Shown in pieces: positions 38,811-51,285 of a stretch of 64,000 nt of DNA. Source of the stretch: Blasia pusilla. Taxonomy: Eukaryota. The stretch lies in contig CM114271.1 of assembly GCA_050084515.1 (NCBI GenBank), forward strand, positions 47,058,001 through 47,122,000, given 5' to 3'. The position numbers and the translations under genes are program-made. The stretch's first letter is position 1, and each line of letters opens with the position of its first letter. The notes under the pieces are model-generated. The model was not told the origin of the DNA. It made no database searches and saw only the letters and a program-made list of their open reading frames with translations.

Positions 38811-41800
38811 TCTATACTATTAAAGGAGGATAATTTTTTTACCATGTTTATGATCTATATTGTTCTAATAGACTACCTCTTCAAATTTAGACATTTCCAT
38901 TCCTTTGGTGGACACATTGCATTTTGGATGAATACGATTCTCATATGTATTTGAACATTTTGGTGCTCTCTCTCTATGCATTATTCACTTGAGTTTATAA
39001 GTAGCCATAACACTCTTCCATGTTGAATCACAAACTTCTTGTTGCCTTTTTTTTTTAACATATAATTTTCTTTTCAGTCGTACCATCGAAAAGATATGAT
39101 GCATGGAATGACTTTTGAAAGATATGACTTATGGAATGACTTTAAAAAATTTTTGGTACTCTTTCTCTCTCTGTGAACATTTTCGCAGGCTTATATTTTT
39201 GGCATATTTATTATTTATAATCATTCAGACACTTAACTAATAAAAAAATGATCGGGAGGCAACAATAAAATATCTGGGTAGCATAAGGAACAAGTAGTTT
39301 GTTTGAGCATGGTGATTCTACCATGGAAATGCATTAATTTATATCCTTAGGGAGAGTACCGTAAACACATTTATTTTACACTCGATAATTATACACAAGA
39401 AAATATTTTTCATACTTAATTAAAATTTTTTTAAACATGATTAATATCTTCATGATCTACACTAGTGTATATCTAAATAAATACGAGTGCCAAAAAAGAA
39501 AAATCATTGATGTTAAATGTAAAATATGCGTATTTTGTCTAATTTTCTTGTCCAGAAATTTGTATTTTACACAAGATCCTCGCCCAACTAATGGAATGAT
39601 TCGTTCTCTGTCCCGAGTCGTGCGACGTAGAGACCGGAGCTGCATGGGAGTAGATTCCGTTGCATGGGAACAACGATAAGAGCTCCAGAAGTTAGGTTGA
39701 CCCGTGAAAGATTACGAGATTTCCTCGCCGAGTTAAAACTAATCGCGGAAAATGAGAGCGGAAATATGGAGACCGTCGGATGGCGCTCGCAAGACCATGC
39801 GTGGTGGATCGAACGGTCGGATGGCATCCAATTCAAAAGAAATACAGGAAACCCGCCCGGTAACCAGAGTTGCAGCCGGTCCGCAACTCACGGAGGCGGG
39901 GTTGAAACTGGACGGAGTTTGGGCGACGGCGAGCCAGGTAAAGAAACCCAATTCCATTAACTGAATTTTCAAATTTCTGCCGCCGTAATACGTCCGAGCA
40001 CGCCAGCCGCCGGATGCCCCTATCTGGATCGCCTGGACGGCGTAGCTGGCTGGGTGGGGCCCTTTCCGTTACCGGCCTTCACGACCATGGGCTCCCCAAA
40101 ATAGCCGAACGTACCGTCCCCCGCCTGACGGATGTTCTGCGTCCAGGTCACAGAAGTCGCACTGGCGCATCCTCCTGGCGCACCCACGTACGATACACGT
40201 ACGTCCCGAAATTCAAATTATACTCATACGTACGACGGACCTAACCTCGTACACCGCGCAGTCAACCTGCGCAGTCACAGAGTTTCACAGTTGTGATCCT
40301 TGCCGGATGGATGGATGGATGGATCGCGCAGCATCTTGGGCATCGGTCGGCGGGCGGTCAATTCCGTCGGTTCGGAGCAGCCGCAGAGTTGGGCACTGGG
40401 ATGCGGACGTGAATCCTAAAGGACGCAGCGCAAGAAGAGCGCAGGGGTTGACTCGCGGACGCCGGCGCTCCGCGGCTACTGCGCAGTCGTGGCCCACTGC
40501 GCTGCCCCCCCGGGCCTCTGGCAAGAACGGAACATGCAACGTGCCCGGAGAGGCTGTGAGCCAGCGAGCGGGCGGACGGACGGACGGACGGACGGAGGGA
40601 GGGAGGGAGGTCGAGGAGGGGCTGAATGAATGAGGAGGGGGGACTTGGACTTGGACTTGGCTGTTGTTGTTCGAGCATGCGCTGAAGCCTTTGTCTGATT
40701 GTGTTGGGGGCGTTAAAGGTGCGCCATCACTCACTCGCCCTGCGTTTCCTCGTTCTTCCACCGCGTACACGACCTACAAAACGCCGGAGGCTCTGTCCCC
40801 CATCAATTTCTGGACTGCTGTGGGAGTGCGTTGGCTCGGCAGGAGGCGACGAGACGAGACGAAACCGGACGAGAGAGGGAGTCGATGTTTGTTCCTCGGG
40901 AACAGGGATGAGGATGCGTTCAGTGTGCGGGAGGCGGAATTGGAGGTGATCGGAGGTTAGGCGATCGGGGGTAGGTGGAGGTGTTGGTTTGTGAGAGTGC
41001 GGAGAGGAGGGGGGAGGAAAGGGAGGGTGTGGGGTGGTGAGGGAGAGGAGGGGAGTGGCGCATTGCGGAGTTTGCGTGTGGTGGGGTGCTCGCGCGGCTG
41101 TCTTCGTTCTCTGGTGTGGTTGGTGACAACTATGTACTGTCGGAGGTCCAATCCTGCGTTGCCGAAAACAGGTTGGCTCTCTCTCCCGCCCACATCCCTC
41201 CTCATTCATTCGCTCGATCGATTCTCCCTCTATTCATTCCTTCCCAGCTCTCTCTCTCTCTCTCTCCTCTTCATTCATTCAGTCTTACACTTATTCACTC
41301 ATTCATCTCCCGTCGTTCGCTTGATCGATTCCTCTGTCTCGCCCACTCTGCATATCTCGCCGTGTCTCGCAGGAAGAAAAAACGGTCAGTGAAGCATCGA
41401 GAGCAGTAATTGGGGAAGATGATGACAGGGACTTATGAGGCGAGGGTTTGGTCCAGTCTTGAGCTTGCTGCTTGGGACCTAGGGTAGCTGGGTTTGCCAC
41501 CTTTCGTGCCAGGACGATCGTGGGGAGCCAACAATGTGCTCCTCCTCGGCCAACAGTCTAGTCGGCGTGGAACGAAATCATGAGGGTTTTTGAGTTGGGG
41601 TTGTAGTGCGGTGGGTGCCTTCGAACCCGTCGATGGGCAGACGCGGTGGAAAATGGTGGGGTTTCAGACGAGATAGTGGGGCTCGTCTCAGAGGTGGTGG
41701 GATTTTTTCTCGCACCAGCTTTCGCTCACCCGAATGTCCATGATTCGTCAAGACATCGTCTCTGGGTTGGATCCGCCAGTGAGCGGATTCGGAGCGTTTG

Positions 41801-42662
41801 ACTCCTCACAGACATGGAACACTAGTAGCCAGTTCTTGATGAGCCTCCGCTATCGGCCCTTCAGGACACCGGTTCGTTTCTGCTAGCGAGAAGCCCTTCA
41901 GCATCCACCGCAATAAAACTGATGTGGATGCACAATTCCCGGCTTCCATTCCCTAGGCTTCTTCGCAACTGCCGTCGCCACCATCTTATACAGGGGGAGA
42001 GAGAGAGAGAGAGAGGTGCGAAACACTAATCTTGCTTTGGTTTGAGCTTGTGGTATTTTCCTTGTGTGTGGAGAGCATCGTTCATGAAGCGAGTGGAATG
42101 CTGAAGCTTCTGTTCTATTTGTCATCCAGGTTCTTTCTTGTGAGGGTCTAGTGAGTCGGTAGACGATCGCCCATCTTCTCCATCGTAGCGGGGCGGTTCG
42201 CTCTGCGCTCTAGCTGGTGAGAATTCCGAGCAGTCAGGTCTTGCAGCGTGTTTTACAGTTTTCTCTTTCCTCGGACTCTTCTCTCCTCGTTTGTGACGTG
42301 CTTTGAGTTTCGACTTTTGCCTCTCCGCTCGCGATGTGCTTTCAGTTCCGACTTCTCTTCCCGTTCGTGATGAGAGACGTTTCTGCAAGCGTCGCTCGCC
42401 ATCGGGAGCCCATCCCGACGGTGTTGAGAGGAGAAATCCACACCATCATCGCCTTTCGGTTGAGTCGTAGTAGGGTGGTTTCTCACTTCTTGGAGCTGTG
42501 ACATATCGTTGGTGCAGACGCTCGAAAGAAAGCAGGCAAACCTAAAGATTCTCATTACTCGTGACAGGGAAAAGAGAGGCCTTCCTCCTGCAAGCTCTGC
42601 CAGACGCCGGAGGCCTTGCATCCGACCACCACCACCGCGACCGCTGCCGAGCCAAGAAGGAG

Positions 42663-45306
42663 ATGACAGAAGTTCTGCCTCCCCGAGGCCACTACCCATC
42701 GGACACCAACACGACCGACTCCGACGAGTACAGCTGCAATGGCCACTACACATCGGACGAAACGGACTCGGACTTCACTTCGGGGAACCACTCGTCCCCT
42801 CTGATTCATGGCAGCGGGCGCCACCAACGAGTGTGCACGAGCAGCGCCCTCGCTACCATCGACTACGACGAGCCCGTCGCTGCGAGCGACGGAGGAGACG
42901 ACGAGCAGAGCATCACTCGCCACTCCGGCAATGGGGACCTGGTGCGCAGGCGAGAGACCGATCACGAGAGGGCTCAGCGCCAGCTTTCGATGTTGGCCCT
43001 CATGCTCGCAGCCTTCCGCCGCTCCCTGCTCACCTGCAGAAGCGTCCAAGAGGAGTGCACCATGGACATCGGCTGGCCCACGAATGTGCAGCATGTGGCG
43101 CATGTCACCTTCGACCGCTACGACGGATTCGTGGGCCTGCCCGTGGAGTTCGAAGTCGAAGTCCCCCGAAGGGTTCCCAGCGCCAGGTGACTCTTGTGTT
43201 TTGTGCTCCCGGCCTCTTGTGCGTCGCCCCCTCTCGTCGGGAATTGGGATGCAGATCGCTGTCTGTCTGCCGAAGTCGGTCGCTCTCGGGCCGTAATCGA
43301 TAGGGTAGGGGATTCGGAAGAGCTCCGAAGCATGGAGGGTTAGAAATCGGTCGTCTGTGTCGCTGCCTGTCGCGTCAGTTTCTGAGGTCCGTTGCGGGTT
43401 GAGGTGTGCTGATGTCGCGTTCTCTGGCCTTGGGCAGTGTGAGCGTTTTTGGCGTGTCCGCGGAGTCGATGCAGTGCTCTTACGATCGAAAGGGCAACAG
43501 CGTTCCCACTATTCTTCTGCTGATGCAAGAGAGGCTGTACAGCCAAGGGGGCCTCAAGGTGGGTGTCGAACTCTGCAGATGCGAGTGTCTAGATGGTGTG
43601 GAACAGTCGGAAGCTCAGAGCAGTCGCCAGACCGAAAAAGTGCATCGTTGTTCGCTTTGCCGTGTGCTGCATGGCTGGATTGTTTGTTTGGGTTCTCTTC
43701 TGGCGCTGCGAACGTGTTCGACCGTCACATGGATCGCTGAGACTGTTTCTGGAATGTGCGCAGGTCGAGGGCATTTTCAGGATCAATGCCGAGAGTATAC
43801 ACGAAGAGCACGCGAGGAAGCAGCTGAATAAAGGCATCGTGCCGAATGACATCGATCTTCACTGTCTAGCCGGTCTCATCAAGGTACATATGTATGTGAT
43901 GGCCTTTCGCGCCTGAAGGCGTCGTTAGATATCGTATTCAGCTGGCCTGACCGAGAGAATGCTTCCAATTCCCATCGGCCGTAGGTGCATTGTTGGCATT
44001 ACTTCGATGACGATTATCATCACCATGGTAGCTGTAGGGATCGCAAACATTTCGGTTGGTTGTGTAGGGACCCTAAACACTACTCTATCCAAGACTCGTC
44101 CACACAGTTTCGTCCCTCCCAACTTCACTACCTGAAGTCGTACAGCACATCGTCCGTGCATTCGTTCAATACAAACTCCATTCCTCCTGACCGTAGTCTC
44201 CCGAATTGAGCAAAGTTGAAACATAGAAAGAAAGGGACTGGGTAGCTTGTGGAGCAATATCACTGTTGATTGAGGTTCCACAAGCTATCTCATCTCAATA
44301 GTGATCTTGATCACCCATCTCTGTGGAGGTTGGAGGGATATTGTCGTAGGACTTCTCTGTCCCGTAGCAGGTCGTCCAAATCGCAGCTAAGGTGGCGAAG
44401 TGGGATCTGATGATGAGATTTGGTCTCGCAGGCATGGTTTCGGGAATTGCCACGAGGAGTGTTGGACTCCCTTTCTCCTGAGCAAGTGATGCAGTGCCAT
44501 ACCGAGGAGCACTGCGTAGAGCTGGTGAAGTTGCTCCCCCCCACACAGGCAGCACTCTTGGACTGGGCTGTGAACTTGATGGCAGACGTCGCCCAAGAGG
44601 AGATCAGCAACAAGATGAACGCCAGGAATATCGCCATGGTGTTCGCTCCGAACATGACTCAGGTACTAATATGAGCTCGCCTCGCCTCGCCCCTCCCACG
44701 ACCTCAACTTGTGTACTGGAACCTCCCCGGAAACCTATGGTCTCATCGTTAGAGCATTGAGGTCTTGGGGCAATCCGATGTTTGGGCTTTCCTGGCAGTG
44801 GTGGTGTGGGTGGTTGAGACTATTAATCCGGGCTTCTCTTAGTGGAATAGAGTCGTTCTGATTAATGATGCAGACGAAGAAGTGAATGAGAGTTCTGATT
44901 AATAGTGCAAATGAAGAAGTAAATGTGCATCATCCACTGACTGACTTATGTGGTTATGTTCATGTAGATGGCTGATCCTCTCACGGCGCTCATGCACGCC
45001 GTGCAAGTGATGAACTTCCTTAAAACCCTCATTCTGAGGACACTTCGAGATCGGGAAGAGGCGGTTCTGGATCCTAGGCCTGCCTCTTCTTGCCCCGAAG
45101 CTCCGGATGAAGACGGGCACAACGACTATGGCGGAGCTCTGCTGAACGGCCATCACGACAGGGAACCCGTGGCCACCCCCACACGAGTGGCATATCAAGA
45201 GTACTGCATTGTCGTCCCGAAGATGAAGGGGGTGAAGGGCAAGGCGAAAGGAGGGAGGATCGTCAATACCATCGATCAACAGAACGAGAGGGTAGAAGCG
45301 TGGTAG
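42663..45306 (+). CDS. RopGAP: Rho/ROP GTPase-activating protein with CRIB domain (RopGAP). Exons 42663-43186, 43438-43558, 43764-43883, 44432-44662, 44968-45306; 444 aa
   Basis: All four introns are GT-AG and the frame is continuous (1335 nt). Motifs: AFRRSLLTC, CRIB MDIGWPTNVQHVAHVTFD, VPSASVSVFGVSAESMQCSYD..GNSVPTIL, arginine finger EGIFRIN, LAGLIKAWFRELP, NKMNARNIAMVFAPNMTQMADPLTALMHAVQVMNFLKTLI, C-terminal RVEAW. Confidence 0.96.
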
Positions 45307-47754
45307 AGAGCGAGAGCGAGAGGGGGAGAGAGAGAGAGAGAGGACATATCCATCGGGTGCAAGCAACGCTGCGAACATAGATGGAACGCAACAAGACGAC
45401 GGGCTCTTTCGCGATGCACACGGAGGTCCGACCGAAACGGGACCCAGCAAGGGGGATGCTCCGAACGAAGCCCATGTGCGATGGCAGATTCGGCAACAGA
45501 ACTGGCGACCTTAAACGCAGCGGCAGCAGCACAGCATCAGTGTGGCTTTCAGACAACGCCTCCGGCGGAAGAGGCCATGAAGGGGTTTAGATTGTAGAGC
45601 TGAACTCGCGATTTTTCCAGATGTGAAAACTCAAGCGGGAGGTTGGGGTTTATAAGATTCGGATCCTTGGCGAGTGCAGGACCGGAGGTGCTTGCGTATC
45701 CCCCTTTTCCTCCCCCCTTCCACTTCAGGGGAGAGTTAAGTGACTACGGACGAGGAGCTCTGCAGTTTCGGTTCCTAACACAGAGAACAACATCAGGAAA
45801 AGGGTGGGTTGAGCATGTTTTCGGACCTACGAAGGGTGAGTCTCTCACGAGGATCCGTGCGTGCCTCGGAATCGAACACCAGCCCACCCATGTAAACCTT
45901 GTACAGTACCCAAGCTTGCAATGCAGTTCAACGCAACGATTGTTTCTAGGCCCGAGGGAGAGGATTTGTTGTAAGTTATAGTTCCAATTCATTCAATTCG
46001 AGAGTATTTGCAGTAAGTATAGTTTAGTTGTTCAGCTTAAAGTCTACTCTCCCAACCACCATGTTGAACTCACTGCCTGCCAGAAATCAAAAACTCTAGT
46101 GTTCCACCGATCTACCACTACGGAGGAGCGCCTACTCGCCGCCATAGTGCATGTCATGTCTAGGCCCCTCCCAGCACACAATTGTACGAGCTATTTATTC
46201 CACCGACCGTAACAAAAATCTGCCTATAGAGCGAAAGAGGAAAGGAAAGCACTAGTCTTTCATTTTGGAATCTGTAGCAAACTTGTGATGTCAATATAAT
46301 CAATCAATCGCAAATGATTTCTATTGTACACTCCCATCTCTCGCAATCGAAGCTCTCGCTTGTCTGCAATGCATGCCCCTGGCTCCCACGATATGCGAAT
46401 GACGACTCGACCCCACACCCACCTACTCTGTCTGCCTGCGATTGTTCTCCCACGCATGACGACACCCCACGAAATTATGGCTGCCAGGTTCGCGCCACAG
46501 AAATATAGCCCGTACACCCACTATAGCAGATGCGTGCCCGCACGATTCATCCTTCCCAAAACCTCGTCTCGGTCGACGGCTGGAACCCGACGACGGCGAA
46601 CGCCTCACCCTCCGGTTTCTGCGGAAGGGGGGACGCGGCCGACCGTCCGCTTCCGACGCGGGCAGCGAAAGTCTGCACTACTAGTTGGTTGTGACTGCTG
46701 TTCTCCCCACGACTCCGCACGTCCTGCGCGCAGGGTCGACTGACTCGGGGTCCCAAGAAAAGCTGGGCCGGATTCAAATGCCTCGGGGCGTCCAGATAGT
46801 TTTGCAGCGCTGACATCCGAAGTGATGCGTGGTCGTCGAACATCGTGAAGCGACGAGAGCGACGGCCGCAGCAGCAGCAGCAGTCCGGGAGCCTCTGGAA
46901 TTCGCTTCACGACGTGGGACAGCTCCGGACAGTTCATCGACTGCGATCTTTCCGGACAGTGGCCATGATACCCTCCGAATCGTGCTCCACTGCAGCACCT
47001 GCGGCACCCGTCGTCGTAGCTTTGGACATGTGATGGCGGCAGGCGGATCTATCTATATACCGTCTCATCCCAATCCACAGCGGCGCGACCCCTCCGTTCA
47101 TTCGTTCGTCCCATCGATCGTTCGACTCACGCCCGCCTAGTGTTGCGTGAAGGTGGGTCTCGTCTTTTTACGTACTAACCGAACGCTTTTATTGCTCGCA
47201 CATGCATGGAGACAAAACCCGAATAGGCTTTTCAAAGCAGGGGGAGAGACTCTCTCCTCCTCTGTGTCCGTGCCCCCTGACAAAAGCTAATCTCCTGCGC
47301 GCTGGATGCGAGGAGGTCGTGGGGTGGGAAGCAGATATCGAACTCTTTTAGTGCGTGAAGGGGGAAAACAAATCGATACCGATTTCTCTATACGATCGTC
47401 TTCAACCCCCAGATTTCGGCACCACTTGTACGAAGCTACGGATACAGGCGGTATCCAGTTATGTTTAGACAGTTCGGGTCCGGACTTTTGGCAGACGTTC
47501 GGTTCGATCATCGATGGAGTGTTCTGCCGGACTCCCTGACATCTCTTAATGACTGCGTTCTTTTTTGCGGTTGCTCGGAGAAGAGTGTCCGTCGACAATT
47601 TATGTGTTTATGTACGCTTCGGTAGATGGCGAAAGGTGTGCGTATTTACCTGCCGATCTAATATCGATCTAGAGCCCACCAACTGCAGATGGGTTGGCAG
47701 GCAGTTCGCTCTATGCAGCGACTGTGCAAAGAACGAACGAAAAGAAGGAGGGTA

Positions 47755-47985
47755 GCTGCGAGAGAAACGAACGAACCAGAGCCGTGGAGGGAGTAGGCGC
47801 AGTTTCTACGAGAGAAACGAACGAAGGAAGGAAGGAAGGGAGTGGAGGGAGTTGGGAGTTTCTACGAGAGAAACGAGCCTAGGAAGGGAGACTGGGAAGG
47901 GAGTTGAGAGTTTCTACGAGAGAAACGAAGGAAGGAAGGAAGGAAGAGGAAGTTGGTTGTTTTTACGAGAGGAACGAACGAAGGG
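47755..47985. repeat. Five ~50-56-bp tandem units just downstream of the ARM gene stop codon
   Basis: TTTCTACGAGAGAAACGAA(C/G)GAA-type motif near 47760, 47810, 47866, 47917 and 47966. Confidence 0.8.
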
Positions 47986-48033
47986 AGGCTGTGGAGGAGG
48001 GAGTAGGCCGAGAGGAACGGAGACGGATGGCGA

Positions 48034-50843
48034 TCACCGTTGACAACGTTGGGCGGATGAGGAATCGGGATCGGATGTGTGATCGCGTTGGCGTCGTTGA
48101 CGAGTGCGCAGGTTGATCTCGAAGAGGGACCTGTGGATGAGATCCTCCATGGTGATGGAGTGCCTGGTGAGCCCCTCGGCTCCCGAGAAGAGCACGAAGT
48201 TCTCCGACTCGCAGATGCTCTCCATGGCCTGCTCCAACGCGTGCACCACGCCCTCCCTGTCCAGGTCCCCCAGAAACAGATCGTCCCGCTTGGCCAGAAC
48301 GACTATGAGCTCGATGCTGTGGCGGCGGATCCGGGGGAACTTGCTGGCCGCGCGGGACTTGTGCTCCAGATTGGCCAGCAGTTGCTGCACAAGGCGGGGC
48401 CTGTCGACCGCGGAGAACGTCGACCTGTAAGCGCCGTCGTCCAGCACGTGGAGCACTCTGGGAGCCAGACCCACCACGGCTTCCTGCATCTTGGAGGACT
48501 TGCTGCCGATGACGAGCTCCACGACCCGCGGAGCGCACGCGGAGATCTCCCGCTTGTCGTCGTCGCTGCCGTACTCCATGAGGCTGCGGAGGATCTTGGC
48601 GGCGCAGACGGCGTGGTCGCGGTGCTGCTGGAGCAGCACGATGAGCGCGGGGATGAACTTCTTGGCGCCGTGGGAGTCTTTGAGGTCCATCATCCTCACG
48701 GAGTTCTTTTGGTTCTGGATGGCCAGCAGGTTCAGCGCGTCGCCGGCTCTCTTGGACACCGCCATCTCCATCCGCCTCCGGGCCTCCGTCGCGCACAGCC
48801 GCCCCGACCCGCCCAGATGCCTCACGTACAGGCGGAACAGGATGCGAATGACGCCCCCCGTGCTCCCTATGGACCGGCGGATGGCGTCGTCGAACGCCAG
48901 GCTCGTGAGGATCTCGATGGCGATCCACTGCAGCTGAGGGTGCGCGTCGCCCAGCTCCAGAACGTCCCTCAGGTTGGCGATGCCGTGCACCACCCTCGCG
49001 ATCACGGGCCGCAGAATGGTCCCGGACACGTTCCTGGCGCCCGCCAGCAGCGCCAGCAGCCGCAGCACCTTCTTGAAGATCTTCAGCTCCAGGGCTCCCA
49101 TGCGCTCGAATCCGCGGGCGTCCGTGACCGCGATGAACGAAACGAGGATGGGCACGAGGCCTCGGGTCTCTCCGATTTTCTGCAAGTTCATGCTGTCTCG
49201 GGTCAGGGCCACGAGGATTCGGAGCCCGTCCAGACGCAGAGCTAGGGCGTTCGATTCGGGGCGGGGACGGGGGACGCCGTCGCGCTCGGGGGACCTGAGG
49301 AGGGACGCGATGCCTTCGGTGGAGCCGGGGACCACCGCGATCCGGAAGCAGTTCTTGCTGTGTCGGGCGATTCGGCAGATGAGGCCCGCGACCTCCTGGC
49401 GGATCTCGTCCTGGTTCGGGCCGCGCCAGGAGAGCATTTCGACGAGCCTTTCGATGATGCCCGGCGACGTGCCGATTCGCCTCAGCGCGTCGGCGGCGAA
49501 GCCGTCGTAGCGGTCGACGATCCTCCTGAGCACCCGGGCGCCGCCCAGCTGCTCGTAGGCGTTGCCGGAGTTGAGCAGGCCCAGGCTGTATTCGACCAGG
49601 TCCATGTCGAGCCCGTCGAACACGCTCCCTTCGATGCACTTCTTGTACACCTCGTAGAAGAACTGCCTCATGAGCTCCTGGTTGTCGTCGCCCAGGTCCG
49701 CCCGATCGTTCACGTCTACCAGCAGCTTCTGGAACGTGATCTTGTACTCCCAGTAGGCTCTCTCCAGCACGAACAGAGTGCCTTCCACCAGGGCCAGCGC
49801 GTAGAAGATGTTCACCGACCAGTACAAGTTCACGGGAGTGTTCTCCGGGGCGATGTTCGGAGGGTTGTAGTCCTGCTTCGACACCCTCCAGCACGACAGA
49901 ATGAGGCAGATCAGCGCAGAAGCCAGCTGAGACCAGTACAGGACGCTGCCCACCCCCGTGGTCGACAGAATCGAGCTGAAGCCGCAAGGGATCATGGGCA
50001 CCAGCTGCGCGGTCCAGGTCCTCTTCATGCTCTTGGCACCCAGCGCCCCCAGACGATTCTTCCGGACCTCCGCCGTCTCGATGTTTCGAACGCTCCGGCC
50101 CTCCGCCGATGTGCGATTCGAACCTGTCCTGAGGAGGACGGGAATCCCGTCCTCCTCCGCCTCCCCTCCCTCCGTGGATGGCAATGGCGCCCTCCGCTCG
50201 TCGCTGGGGTCCTCCACGCGAACCGCGGTCAGAGCAGGAGGGTTCCCTTGCCTCCGCCGCTCATTTCGGTGGCTTTCGATCGACGACTGGTCCAGATCTC
50301 CATCCGGGGAGGTCTGGCCCCCTTCGATTGCTTGTACGTGGGGCCGTCGGTGCTCTTGGACGTGACATGCTGCCATTCGAGCTCGCGGCTGCGGGTGAAG
50401 ATGCGGGTGCCCTCCGTGATGAGGATGATGGTGATGACCAGAAAGTCCGAAGGGTTGATGTTGGCGGCGAATCCCCCCAGGATGATGGTGCTGGCCCAGA
50501 TGAAGGACAGCGTCCCGATCCCGCTGGCGGACTTCTCGATCATGGCCAGCCTCAAGGCGAACAGCGTGATGTTCTGCTCCGGTGCCAACTTGGAGTCGCG
50601 CTCGTCCACCTTCTTGAAGATCACCGTCGGGTCCAGCACCATCATCTTCGCGCCCCCCCCCCCGTCCTGCTCCTCCTCATCGTCTCCGAACTCCCCGATG
50701 TTGGCCACGCTCGTGGACGGGTAGAAGTGGATCCCGGCCCCGAACGACTTGTCCTGCTCCAACTTCGCCTCGCCCTGCAGGCTGGCCCCGCGGCTCAGGG
50801 GGTCGTCTCGAAGCGACAGCGGGCAGCCGCTGCCGGCGGCCAT
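48034..50843 (-). CDS. Plant ARM-repeat superfamily protein with N-terminal hydrophobic segments (BLE2-like family). Model: 50843-50338 + 50128-48034, 866 aa
   Basis: Family motifs KITLFALRLA-like, EKSASGIGTLSFIWASTIILGGFA, EGTRIFTRSRELEWQH, RTW, LYWSQLASA, NIFYALALVEG, FFYEVYKKCIEGSVFDGLDMDLV, EQLGGARVL, IERLVEMLSW, IGSTGGV, PRIRRHSIEL, ENFVLFSG. The N- and C-terminal parts are in different frames and are joined in phase by a GT-AG intron at 50337-50129. The start ATG is inferred. Confidence 0.88.
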
Positions 50844-51285
50844 CAGCGTTCGACGCCGCTCTCGTTCCTCGTCCCCCTCAGCTCTCTCTGCTGCGCACCA
50901 CGCACGAACCAACAGAGCGATTTTATTTCGGGGCCACCTGTGGCGGATCGGATAGGAGGGTTTGGTTCTTACGGGTACCGAGCGCGCTAGGGGAGCGAGC
51001 TCCTCTAGCGTCGAGTGGTAGTTCTGCAGCGCACGGTGCGCGGGCTGTGGAGGTCGAGCGATCCGTCCGTGAGAAAAGAGGTCGTCCGGCGCACGCCATG
51101 ACGACAATTCCAGTCGGGGATTGTCGTCCCTGAGGGACGCGTCCGCGCAGCGCCGTCTGCATCTCTCGGATCTCCATCTCTTTCCCTACTTTTCTCTTCC
51201 CGCCCATCTCGAGCTTTAGATCCGATCCCTTTCCTCATCAGTTCCGTCCGATAGCTAAACTACTCTCTTCTCTCTCTTTCTCGCG

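Noticed and set aside
42509..43303. Overlapping ORFs on RopGAP exon 1 and a GTG-start N-terminal extension at 42561
   Set aside because: GC-rich shadow frames. The first in-frame ATG (42663, MTEVL) fits the family.
44855..44930. Possible intronic C/D-box snoRNA (ATGATG...CTGA) in RopGAP intron 4
   Set aside because: The C box is imperfect and the span too short. The pattern is explained by a ~37-bp tandem duplication (GTTCTGATTAAT...GAAGAAGT).
47963..50990. Long alternative-frame and antisense ORFs over the ARM gene (674, 454, 388, 270 aa)
   Set aside because: Shadow ORFs expected from very high GC3 codon bias; low-complexity R/G/P/A composition and no motifs.
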